Shown: positions 1-15,931 of the stretch, in pieces | Position numbering within the stretch: the stretch's first letter is position 1 | Layout: the number at the start of each line of letters is the position of its first letter | Assembly (NCBI GenBank): GCA_020536535.1 | Contig: JAHLWZ010000357.1 | Coordinates: forward strand, 1-41,563 | Length of the DNA stretch: 41,563 nt | DNA from: Pelomyxa schiedti | Taxonomy: Eukaryota; Protista; Evosea | Direction of reading: 5' to 3' | Translations under genes and position numbers: made by a program | The notes under the pieces: model-generated | What the model was told of the DNA's origin: nothing | The model's database searches: none | The model's input: only the letters and a program-made list of their open reading frames with translations

Positions 1-140
1 TGAGCCTGTTGATGGCCCTGCTCGCGGTTAGACTGGCCGAGGGAAACACGCAAAATTGACGAGGGGAAAACATACGCGACGGCACCGGCAACCAGTAAAA
101 CAGCGACAGTAACAACGGAAAAGCTTGAACCAACTATCAT
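1..140 (-). CDS. 5' end of a probable secreted protein (runs off the window)
   Basis: ATG at 140 reads MIVGSSFSVVTVAVLLVAGAVA, a signal-peptide-like hydrophobic stretch. A gtatg...ccag intron follows, then LTASRAINRL to the window edge. Confidence 0.5.
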   Translation of the reverse strand, partial: MIVGSSFSVVTVAVLLVAGAVAYVFPSSILRVSLGQSNREQGHQQA

Positions 141-793
141 TATCGCTTGCAAGGTTCGCTTATGCGGTATAGTAACGGTATGCAAAACTCGAAAAACAAC
201 AAAAAGTGAGTTTGTCTCTTTGAAATTTCACCTTTTAAATCAAAAAAACCAAAACCTCAGTTGCACCACGGGAGAATTTGCATCCTGATATATCACAACC
301 ACCTCCACCTCAAAACAACCTCCGCATCATGGAAAGCGTTATGCCTTTGCACGGAGCCCCCAATTGTCCAGTCCAGGTAATTCGGACCTACCAACCACAG
401 CTAATCACTTACCAGAAATCTAAGCTACTCGAAGTAACTAGTTTGATGCAAAGATGTTGGGTGACAACTGTGACTCGGCAGGCAAATTGACTTGAGTTCC
501 CCACGCCAATTGCGTCCACCACCGAATAGCAACAATTTCCACCCTGCTTATGACCCCAACATAGTGTTGGTGACCACAACCAACACACTTAACACCAAAG
601 GGATAATTTAGTTTTCGATTATTCATGCAACTACAAAAAGTACAGTAAGTGTCTTTTGTTAAGGCACTCAAGTTAAAAATCAGGAATTCTTTCACTTGAT
701 CCCATTCTCAAAGCACAAACAGCTTCTGGACAAAAGAAGCTTCATTGTTATTGTTTATCTACAAAATGATGAAATGGTGGGTGGGTTGGTTCA

Positions 794-1266
794 TCAGGAA
801 GTGAATGAAGGGGTTCCATTCACGAAGGCTGTGACACTAGCCTGGTCAATTGGGTCCCTTTCAAACCTGCTCACACGCTCCACAAGATCTGTGACATTGA
901 GACCCTCAGCGGTCCCGGCGTGGTGGTGGAACCCATGCTGATTGTGGCCTGTTGATTCGCAAGTTAGTTGAAAATGAAAACTATTGATTTACTATTGGGT
1001 TTGTATGAAAAAGGTAAAAGGGATATACCGGCACAAGTGAGCCTGAGGCTTGAGAGCACCATTGGAGTCATGAATTTAACACTTACTCTCTTCACATTGT
1101 CATCACTGGATGATGACACTCGGAATATGACGCCCAGTGTGTTTGGTGTCTTGAATGCGTCGATGCACTCGTCACTGACTGTTGGCTGTTGTTTGTTGGT
1201 TTTTGTTGTTAGGAATGAGAATAGAATAAGGAAATTAATTAATGAGGGGGTCATTACCACTTGCAT
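794..1266 (-). CDS. ADF/cofilin-like small protein (~105 aa, 3 exons), apparently lacking the central part of the fold
   Basis: Spliced reading is MQV|PTVSDECIDAFKTPNTLGVIFRVSSSSDDNVKRVSVKFMTPMVLSSLRLTCAG|HNQHGFHHHAGTAEGLNVTDLVERVSRFERD...TS*. VSDECIDAF and VIFRV resemble the cofilin N-terminus and LVERVSR the C-terminal helix. Both introns are GT-AG and keep the frame. Confidence 0.45.
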
Positions 1267-1636
1267 TTGTGCTGTCTTTGTTGTGGTTTTGAGTTATGTT
1301 GTTGTGCTTTATTTGCTTTGTTGTTGTCTTTGATTCAAATCCAGCAGGCCATTGGGTTTAAAACATAAAAAGCGATACGAAAAGAGACCGAAATTAGTGC
1401 CACAACACCCCATCACTTCCCGTTTGTTTTTTTGCCCTTGTTTGTGGTTTCAAGTTGATTGCTCCAAGAACGGAGCGCGAAATCAGAGCCAAAAAAAGAC
1501 CAACCAAGTTGGGAGGGTGAGTTGTGAACCTCCTCCTGTGCCCTTTGGGCGTCCTTCAGCTCACGTGCGACGTTCGATTTCCCACGCGGAATCCATAAGA
1601 GGAAACAGGACTCATCAGATTGAATTAGAGGGGGCG

Positions 1637-2567
1637 ATGAGCGGAGGCGACAGCTACACACAGGGAGGCTCGGCGGAGGAGGCAGACGACGCGGCGAACA
1701 GCACTACCGACGCCACGTCGCAGGGGGGCTACGACGGCGGCGGGGCGGCGGACGGCGAGACCGACGAGCAGGGGATTATGGGAGCGGGTGGGGGCGCAGC
1801 TGGGGGATCGGGGGGTGGGGTGGGCGGCGGCGGCGGGAGCGACGACTACGCGTGGCAGCCCGACATGTCGCCTGCTGAGCTGATCGAGCGGTACCTGCCC
1901 TCGTCGACTGACCCGCGGCAGCTCAGGGCTTGCTTGAATTGCCAGTTGGTGTGCGCGCGTCCGACTGACTGAGTGTCACGCCCTTGCTATTATGGGATGA
2001 ACCGCTTGTGTTTGTGTTTGTGTTTGTGTTTGTGTTTGTGTTTGTGTTTGTGTTTGTGTTTGTGTTTGTGTTTGTGTTTGTGTTTGTGTTTGTGTTTGTG
2101 TTTGTGTTTGTGTTTGTGTTTTGGGGATTACACGTGTATTGAGTTGAGAATTCATGCTAATCCTACCTCAAGGTGTTGTCGCAAAGGCAGTTTTTCACTT
2201 ATGGGTGCCCAAACTGCACTGTAGGCCTAACTTTGTTATTGTTGCCATATAACTCAACGTTCTCGCACAGCACTTGGAGATGAAGGGACGGAATGAAAGA
2301 GTCAACGAGTGCACTAGCATTAGTTTCAAGGGGTATGGTGAAATGTGAACATTGGCTTCTCACACAATACCAGTTTTGTGGCAATCATGAGACCAACGAG
2401 AAGTTGGGTGGCTAAATGGCAGAAACTTCAGCGTATTTTTCTTTTTCCTGTCCTTTTTTTTTTTCATCCCACATTTTTTTTTAGGTGTACACCCTGGTTG
2501 TTATGCTATTTCTGTGTCCGGTGCTCTTCCGGATACATTCAAAGGAAAAGACAGAGGGAAATCCTGA
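1637..2567 (+). CDS. SPT4: Transcription elongation factor Spt4 (DSIF small subunit), 5 exons, with a long acidic/Gly-rich N-terminal extension
   Basis: LRACLNCQL|VLSQRQFFTYGCPNCT|HLEMKGRNERVNECTSISFKG|FVAIMRPTRSWVAKWQKLQR|VHPGCYAISVSGALP contains the four Zn-binding Cys and the SWVAKWQ and PGxYA motifs. The stop TGA is at 2565-2567. Confidence 0.95.
2006..2118. repeat. (TTTGTG)n hexanucleotide microsatellite, ~19 units, in Spt4 intron 1
   Basis: There are 18 perfect units at 2011-2118 plus a partial unit. This repeat produces the spurious poly-LC ORF. Confidence 0.97.
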
Positions 2568-2897
2568 TTTGTACTCTTCTATTTCCCTTATTCTTAAAAT
2601 GAATATTGACCGCAATAAAAAATCTCACACAATGCAAAAGGTTCTCTTCCTGTTTGTAATTTCTGGCTCCACAAATCATTAAGTACCTGCAACAGTACAT
2701 TGAATACCCAGAATCCACAAGTTTCTATGTAAAAAAAAAACAGAGAAAGCTTCACTACCAAAGCACAGGGCAAATGAAAAACCCTGCCCAAACAATCATT
2801 CTCTATTCTTTTTGCTTTTCGTTCTTTTTCCATCACAGTTGCACTTCGGCACCGAAATTAAAGTCAAAAGGTAAATTAATCTTTCGGCGCCCGCGCG

Positions 2898-7616
<4,719 letters not shown>

Positions 7617-7816
7617 AAAAAACCAAAAAAAAAAAAAAAAAGAAAAAAAGTGCAGTCTAAAGGTGTATACATGTTGTATTTATTTTCGTCAACATTGGAA
7701 AAAGAGGCAGACAAAGGCAGCTGTGATGTTTGTCATGCACACACATACCCACCCCACCCCTTCCTCCTCTCTCACTCGCTCGCTCGTTGCTGTGTCTCTG
7801 TGTCTGAATCCCCCCT

Positions 7817-10800
7817 CTAGTGCTTGCTAGAGTGGTGTGCTGAGCTGTGGTGAGACGAGCTGTGGTGCGTGGAAGCGGACCCTGACACCTTGACGTCTCC
7901 CTTCACGTCCACCTTGGCGTCGACCTTGGCGTCGCCGTGGGCGTGCGACGACCCGTGGTGCGACGTCGACGGCGTGTGGTGCGATGACTTGTGGTCTCCG
8001 TGCCCGCCGTGCCCGGACGACTTGTGGTGCGAGCTTCCCTTGGCGTCCGCCTTGGCGTCCACCTTCACGTCTGCCTTGACGCCCACGCCGGCCCCGACGC
8101 CGACGCCGACGTCGGCCTTGACTCCTGCGTCGGCCTTCACTCCCAGGTCAGCCTTTACGCCGAGGTCGGCCTTGACTGCGCCGTCGGCCTTGGCCTTGCC
8201 CTTCTTGCTGCTGCTGCTCGAGGACGACGAGGACTTTGACTTGGACTTCTTGGCGTCGGCCTTGGCGTCCACGGTGAGCGACGCGTTGACCGAGTTGACG
8301 GCGGTCGTGGTGGCGTCGGCGACGACGTCGACGGCTCCCTCCAGGGCCTTGGTTGCGCCCGAGATGGCTCCCTTCAGGCTGAACTTGTGCCCCTTCTTGG
8401 AGGATGAGGACGATGACGACTTGGATTTCTTTCCGGATGCCTTGCCGCTTACTTTGAGGTCGGCCTTGGCTCCTGCACCAGCACCAGCACCGGCGTCGAC
8501 CTTCACGTCTGCCTTGACAGATGCGTCGGCCTTGACGTCCACCTTGGCGTCGGCCTTGACGTCTGCTTTTACGTCGGGCTTGGCCTTGCCGCCCAGGCCG
8601 AGGCTGAGCTTGAGCCCTCCCTTCTTGGATGAAGAGGATGATGACGACTTGGAACCCTTGGAACCTTTGCTCTTTCCGAACCCGAGATGGAGTCCGCCGG
8701 TCTTCACTGAGGCTTCTGCCTTGCCGTCAGCCTTGGCGTCCACCTTGACGTCAGCCTTGGCATCAACCTTCACGTCTGCCTTTGCGTCTACCTTCACGTC
8801 TGCCTTGACATCAGCTTTGCCCTTTCCTCCAAGGCCGAGCTTGAGTCCAAGACCACCTTTGCCACTTCCAGACTTCGACTTTGAAGAGGAGGAAGACGAT
8901 TTAGAGCCCTTCTTACCGAAGCCAAGCTTGAGTCCGAGGCCGCCCTTGCCTCCTGCATCGGTCTTCACATCTGCCTTCACATCAGCCTTTGCATCGACCT
9001 TCACGTCTGCCTTCACATCAGCCTTGGCGTCGACTTTCACGTCTGCCTTGACATCGGCCTTGCCCTTGCCACCAAATCCGAGTTTGAGTCCGAGTCCACC
9101 TTTGCCGCTTCCGGACTTGGATTTAGAGGATGATGAAGATGACTTTGATCCACTCTTCTTTCCACCGAGTCCGAGCTTGAGGCCCAATCCACCTTTGCCC
9201 TTTGCGTCTGCCTTGGCATCCACCTTCACGTCTGCCTTCACATCAGCCTTAACGTCAGCCTTGGCATCCACCTTCACGTCAGCTTTTACATCAGCCTTTC
9301 CCTTGCCACCAAGTCCAAGTTTGAGGCCGAGTCCTCCCTTTCCGCTTCCTGATTTGGATTTAGAGGATGATGAAGATGACTTTGATCCGCTCTTCTTTCC
9401 ACCAAATCCAAGCTTGAGTCCGAGTCCACCCTTGCCTCCTGCGTCTGCCTTCACATCGGCCTTGGCATCCACCTTGACGTCTGCCTTCACATCAGCTTTC
9501 ACGTCAGCCTTGACATCAGCCTTGCCCTTTCCTCCAAGGCCAAAACCGATCTTGAGTCCTCCCTTGCCGCTTCCTGACTTGGACTTAGATTTAGATTTAG
9601 ACGATGATGAGGACTTGGATCCACTCTTCTTTCCACCGAGCCCAAGCTTCAGTCCCAGTCCTCCCTTGGCACCTGCATCAGCCTTGGCATCAACCTTCAC
9701 ATCAGCTTTGGCATCGACCTTCACATCGGCCTTGACATCAGCCTTGGCGTCAGCTTTGCCCTTTCCGCCAAGTCCGAATCCAATCTTGAGTCCTCCCTTT
9801 CCGCTTCCTGACTTGGATTTGGAAGATGATGAAGATGACTTTGATCCGCTCTTCTTTCCACCAAGTCCGAGCTTGAGTCCCAATCCTCCCTTTCCGCCTG
9901 CGTCTGCCTTCACATCAGCCTTGGCATCGACCTTCACGTCAGCCTTTACGTCAGCCTTGACATCAACCTTGGCGTCAGCCTTGCCCTTTCCGCCCAGACC
10001 AAGACCAATCTTGAGTCCTCCCTTTCCACTTCCTGACTTGGATTTGGATTTAGAGGATGATGAGGACTTGGAACCAGAGCCACTCTTCTTTCCACCCAGT
10101 CCGAGTTTGAGGCCAAGTCCACCTTTGCCCTTCACGTCAGCCTTGGCATCAACCTTCACATCTGCCTTGACGTCGGCCTTGGCATCGACCTTCACGTCTG
10201 CCTTTACATCTGCCTTGCCCTTTCCTCCAAGGCCAAGACCAATCTTGAGTCCTCCCTTTCCACTTCCGGACTTGGATTTGGATTTGGAAGAAGACGATGA
10301 CTTCGACCCACTCTTCTTGCCACCCAATCCAACCTTCAGTCCGCCCTTGGCTCCAGCATCAACCTTTACATCAGCCTTGGCATCGACCTTCACATCAGCC
10401 TTGCCCTTTCCACCAAGTCCAAGCCCAACCTTGAGTCCTCCCTTTCCGCTTCCTGACTTGGAAGAGGATGACTTCGAGCCTTTGCTTCCATGAAGTCCTA
10501 CCTTCAATCCTCCTTTGGCACCAGCATCAACCTTGATATCAGCCTTCACACCTCCCTTGACCTTGCCAGAAGCTGAGGATGAGGACTTGGAACCAGATTT
10601 CTTCTTGCCACCAACTTCAAGATGGGGGAGGTCTACGCCAGCTTTAACCTTCACACCTCCTTTAACTTTGCCACTGCCGCTTGCACTTCCAGATTTGCTG
10701 CCCTTGACCTTCGCAGAAGCCTTTACTCCGCCTTTAAGTTCGGGGAGGTCAACACCAGCTTTCACCTTGCCACTCCCCTTGACGGCCTTACCACTGCCGC

Positions 10801-13800
10801 TCTTGCTCTTGCTGGAAGATTCCTTGCTCTTGCTTCCTTTCACCTTGCCCTTGATCTTCAAGTCGGCCTTGGCATCAACCTTTCCGCCAGCCTTCACATC
10901 CACCTTGGCATCAGCCTTTACGTCGGCTTTAGCATCGACTTTGCCTGCTCCCTTTACATCAACCTTACCGGATCCCTTGGCATCGACCTTCGCGTCGGCT
11001 TTGATATCAGCCTTTCCATCAACCTTCACGTCGGCCTTGACATCAACTTTCTTCTTGCCGCCGAAGAGTCCAGCAAAGAATCCCTTCTTCTCGGGCTTGG
11101 CAGGTGTTGTTACTTTGACTTTGGCATCAACTTTAACGTCGGCCTTTGCGTCTACCTTGGGTCCCTTGACGTCGACCTTGGCATCAACCTTTGCATCGGC
11201 CTTAACGTCAGCCTTGGCATCAACCTTGGCAGCTCCTTTCACATCAACCTTAGCATCAGCCTTGACATCAGCTTTGACATCGGCCTTGCCACCGACTTTG
11301 ACTGAAGCATCAACTTTGAGTCCACCCTTGGCCTTTCCGCTTCCTGACTTCGATGAGGAAGACTTGGAGCTGGATTTGCTGCCACTCTTCTTGCCTCCGG
11401 GTAGTTTGATATCAGCCTTGACATCGGCCTTTCCACCGGCTTTGACTGAAGCGTCTAATTTGAGTCCGCCCTTGGCCTTTCCGCTTCCTGACTTCGACGA
11501 TGAAGACTTGCTTCCTTTCCCTACCTTGACCCCCTTCACATCTGCCTTGACTGCGAGTTTTGCATCAGCCTTGACGTCCGCTTTTACGTCTGCTTTTACA
11601 TCAGCTTTTACGTCTGCTTTCACGTCGGCCTTCACATCAGCCTTGACGTCTGCCTTGGCGTCGACCTTGACTTTAGCATCAGCCTTAACATCAACCTTGC
11701 CCTTGCCTCCGAACTTTCCAAAGAAGCCACCACCTCCAGAGGCAGATTTCTTCCCATCAACCTTAACAGTGGCGTCAACCTTGGGCAACTTGGTTTTTCC
11801 ACTGGAAGACGATTTGCTTCCCTTGCTGCCCTTGCCTCCTTTGACCTTGATGTCAGCCTTTACTCCACCCTTGACATCAACTTTAGCATCGGCCTTCACG
11901 TCGCCCTTGACTCCAACAGCGATCTTCGCCTTGCCGCTTCCCGACTTGGATTTGGAGCTGGAAGACTTGGAGCCAGACTTGCTTCCTTTCTTGCCCAGGC
12001 CAAGTTTAAGACCACCCTTAGCATCAACCTTCACGTCTGCCTTGACATCAGCCTTGACGTCGGCTTTCACGTCGGCCTTGGCATCGACTTTTACGTCTGC
12101 TTTTGCTTTGCCTCCGAGTCCCAACTTGAGTCCTCCCTTTCCGCTGCCGGACTTGGATGACTTTGAGGAGGAAGACTTTGAACCAGAGCCGCTCTTCTTT
12201 CCACCGAGTCCGAGTTTGAGGCCGAGTCCACCTTTGCCCTTGGCATCAACCTTCACGTCTGCCTTGGCATCAACCTTTACATCAGCCTTGGCGTCGACCT
12301 TCACGTCAGCCTTGCCCTTTCCGCCAAGTCCGAGTCCAACCTTGAGTCCTCCCTTGCCGCTTCCTGACTTGGAGGATTTGGATGACTTGGAACCAGAAGA
12401 GGAAGACTTTGATCCGCTCTTCTTTCCACCGAGTCCGAGCTTGAGTCCAAGGCCGCCCTTGGCTCCGGCGTCAGCCTTGGCATCAACCTTCACGTCTGCT
12501 TTCACGTCAGCCTTGGCATCGACTTTGACGTCGGCTTTAGCCTTTCCGCCAAGTCCGAGCTTGAGTCCTCCCTTCCCGCTTCCTGACTTGGATGACTTAG
12601 AACCAGAAGAGGACGACTTTGATCCACTCTTCTTTCCACCAAGTCCGAGCTTGAGTCCGAAACCGCCCTTGCCGCCTGCATCAGCCTTGGCGTCGACCTT
12701 GACATCAGCTTTCACATCAGCCTTGGCATCAACCTTCACGTCGGCCTTGACATCAGCCTTGCCCTTTCCGCCGAGACCAAAACCAATCTTGAGTCCTCCC
12801 TTGCCGCTACCAGATTTGGATTTGGATTTAGAGGATGATGAGGACTTGGAACCAGAACCACTCTTCTTTCCACCCAGTCCGAGTTTGAGGCCAAGTCCAC
12901 CTTTGCCCTTCACGTCAGCCTTGGCATCAACCTTCACGTCGGCCTTGGCGTCGACCTTGGCATCGACCTTCACGTCAGCCTTGACATCAGCCTTGGCGTC
13001 AGCTTTGCCCTTTCCGCCAAGTCCGAATCCAATCTTGAGTCCTCCCTTGCCGCTTCCTGACTTGGATTTGGATTTGGAAGATGATGAAGATGACTTTGAT
13101 CCACTCTTCTTTCCACCGAGTCCGAGCTTGAGGCCCAATCCTCCCTTTCCGCCTGCGTCTGCCTTCACATCGGCCTTGACGTCAGCCTTAGCGTCCACCT
13201 TAGCATCAGCCTTGACATCAACCTTGGCGTCTGCTTTGCCCTTTCCACCAAGGCCCAGACCCAGTTTAAGTCCTCCTTTGCCGCTCCCAGACTTTGACTT
13301 GGAGCTTGATCCAGATGATGAAGACCCAGAACCACTCTTCTTTCCTCCCAAACCGAGCTTGATGCCGAATCCGCCCTTCGCTTTGCCGTCAGCCTTGACG
13401 TCTGCTTTTACGTCAGCCTTGGCATCAACCTTCACGTCTGCCTTAACATCGGCCTTGACGTCAGCCTTGACATCAGCTTTGCCCTTGCCTCCAAGACCGA
13501 ATCCGATCTTGAGTCCTCCCTTGCCGCTTCCTGACTTGGAGGATTTGGATGACGAAGAAGAACCAGACTTGCTCTTCTTCTTGCCACCGAGTCCCAGTCC
13601 GAGTTTGATTCCACTGCCACTCTTAGCATCGACTTTCACGTCGGCCTTAACGTCGGCTTTTGCGTCGGCCTTGACATCTGCTTTTACATCAACCTTGGCG
13701 TCAGCCTTGCCCTTTCCGCCGAAGCCAAGTCCGAGTTTGAGTCCTCCCTTTCCACTTCCTGACTTGGAGGACGATGAAGATGACTTTGAGCCAGAGCCGC

Positions 13801-15413
13801 TCTTCTTTCCACCGAACCCGAGCTTGATTCCGAGTCCCCCTTTGCCCTTTGCGTCAGCCTTGGCATCGACCTTCACGTCTGCCTTGACGTCTGCCTTGGC
13901 ATCGACTTTAACATCTGCCTTGACATCAGCCTTGCCCTTTCCGCCCAAACCGAGACCCAGCTTGAGTCCTCCCTTTGCTTTGCCGCTCCCTGACTTGGAT
14001 GACGAAGATGAGGAGGATTTGGATCCGCCCTTGCCACTGAAGCCAAGCTTGATGCCCAAACCGCCCTTTGCGCCGGCGTCTGCCTTAGCATCAACTTTCA
14101 CGTCTGCCTTGGGTTTAATGCCCATGTCAACATTCACGGCCGCCTTCGCCTTTGCGCTTCCAGACGAGGATGACGACTTCGAACTGCTCTTTTTGCCGCT
14201 GAGGCCTACTTTAATTCCGAGTCCGCCCTTGGCGCCGGCGTCAGCCTTAACATCAGCCTTGGCGTCAACCTTCACGTCTGCCTTTACGTCAGCCTTGACA
14301 TCAGCCTTGCCCTTTCCGCCAAGTCCGAATCCAATCTTGAGTCCTCCCTTGCCGCTGCCGGACTTCGACGACGAAGAGGAAGAGGATTTGGACCCAGATT
14401 TCTTTCCTCCCAAGCCGAGTTTGATTCCCATTCCGCCCTTTGCTCCAGCATCCGCCTTGACGTCTGCCTTCACGTCGGCCTTGACATCAGCTTTCACATC
14501 TGCTTTAACATCAGCTTTGACGTCTGCTTTAGCCTTTCCACCAAAACCAAGTCCGAGCTTGAGTCCTCCCTTGGCCTTCCCGCTTCCTGATTTGGAGGAA
14601 GAGCTTGATTTGGAAGATGACGATGATTTTGATCCTTTTTTGCCAAGCCCAAGACCAACTTTAAGTCCGAGTCCACCCTTGGCGCCGGTATCAGCCTTAA
14701 CATCAGCCTTGACTTCGGCTTTGGCGTCGGCCTTCACGTCTGCTTTTCCCTTAGCACCGAGGCCGAGTCCAAGCTTGAGGCCTCCCTTTCCGCTTCCTGA
14801 CTTTGACGACGATGAAGAACCTGAGCTAGAAGCTGACTTCTTTCCACCGAATCCAATCTTGAGACCAAGGCCTCCTTTGGCACCTGCATCGACCTTCACA
14901 TCTGGCTTCTTGGCGTCAACTTTCACATCCGCTTTTACGGCTACTTTCGCAGCTCCCTTTCCGCTTCCGGAGGAAGAGCTAGTGAGGCTCGAAGACGAGG
15001 ATTTTTTTGCAACATTGAGCTTCACTCCTACGTTTCGGTTAGAGAAAGCGAAAAGTTTTTCATCACGATACACTACGAAACACGAAAAATAATGATAACA
15101 AAAATACTACGAGAAAACAATTCGTTCAAACAACGAAACAGAACACAGAATACGAACCTGAACCTACGCCGACTTTAGCACCAGACCCCGCTCCAATTCC
15201 CACCTTGATTCCAAGACCGGCCTTGGCCTTTCCTTGCCCCGAACTGGAACTTGATCCAGAAGAGCTCTTCTTGGCAGCGACCTTTACGGCCGCACCTGCC
15301 TTGGCTCCGGCACCAACGGAAATCGATGCTTTCACTGCGGGTTTTGCCTTCCCCGAAGACGAGCTCGACGAGGATGACTTCGAGCTCGATGATGAAGAAG
15401 ACTTCGAACTCAT
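7817..15413 (-). CDS. Giant Lys/Gly/Ser/Ala/Asp/Val-rich repeat protein (~2,488 aa), 2 exons, His-rich C-terminus; function unknown
   Basis: Exon 1 is 15413-15158 (256 nt) and exon 2 is 15027-7817 (7211 nt), giving 7467 nt, an intact frame. The intron 15157-15028 has a gttcgt donor, a ctaac branch site and a tag acceptor. About 20 modules of ~75 aa show much synonymous variation between repeats. Confidence 0.88.
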
Positions 15414-15931
15414 TTTTTACACTGTAGGTGTGGCCATACGAGGAGGGGAAAAAAAAAAAAGAGAAAAAGAAACGGAAGGATGCGTTAGACAATGGCACGG
15501 AAATACGGAGAAAAAAAAAAAACGCGTATGTACGAGTAAAGTGTACAACTCAGATGAGTGAAAATGGAAAAAAAAGAAAGCTACTACGGCACGTACCGTT
15601 TGGTGCGTGATGTTCGGTTGCTATTTTTTTTCTTTTTTGTGGTGTTCCTGCCTTTTTTTGTTTTGTCTGTTAAAAAAAACAACAAAATTCATTCCCGGAA
15701 CTCCCGGTTTTTTCCTTCTTCGTCTAAAAAACGTCACCGAGAACACAGTTGCCCTACTCTATGCGGATATCGAAGACCTTAGAAATAGAAAAAAATGTGC
15801 TTTCGTGCCCCCTTCCTATCTTTAGTCACAGACGTTTTCATATGAAAATGCCGCCTCCTTTCACGTGATTGTGTTGTTGCGGCCGCTCCCTATCGGCGAT
15901 GTTTGTTTTGTTGTATCCAGGTGCTGCTGGT

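Noticed and set aside
180-700. Possible small gene: the minus-strand Cys-rich ORF 438-695, or plus-strand intron-like segments (gtgagt..cag 206-260; gtaatt..ctaat..cag ~377-415)
   Set aside because: I could not build a convincing ATG-to-stop model or recognise a family; transcript data are needed.
1973-2224. ORF with poly-(Leu-Cys)
   Set aside because: It is a translation of the intronic TTTGTG microsatellite.
7817-15027. CRISPR-like or satellite array interpretation of the long repeat region
   Set aside because: The repeats vary at synonymous positions and keep one reading frame. There is no constant repeat/unique spacer structure and the context is eukaryotic.
7869-15092. Very long plus-strand ORFs (874 and 1525 aa) antisense to the repeat gene
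   Set aside because: They are a shadow of the restricted K/A/D/V/G/S codon repertoire, which rarely creates antisense stops. The frame breaks where a rare His codon context occurs (~10491), and the minus strand has the ATG, the intron and the coherent termini.
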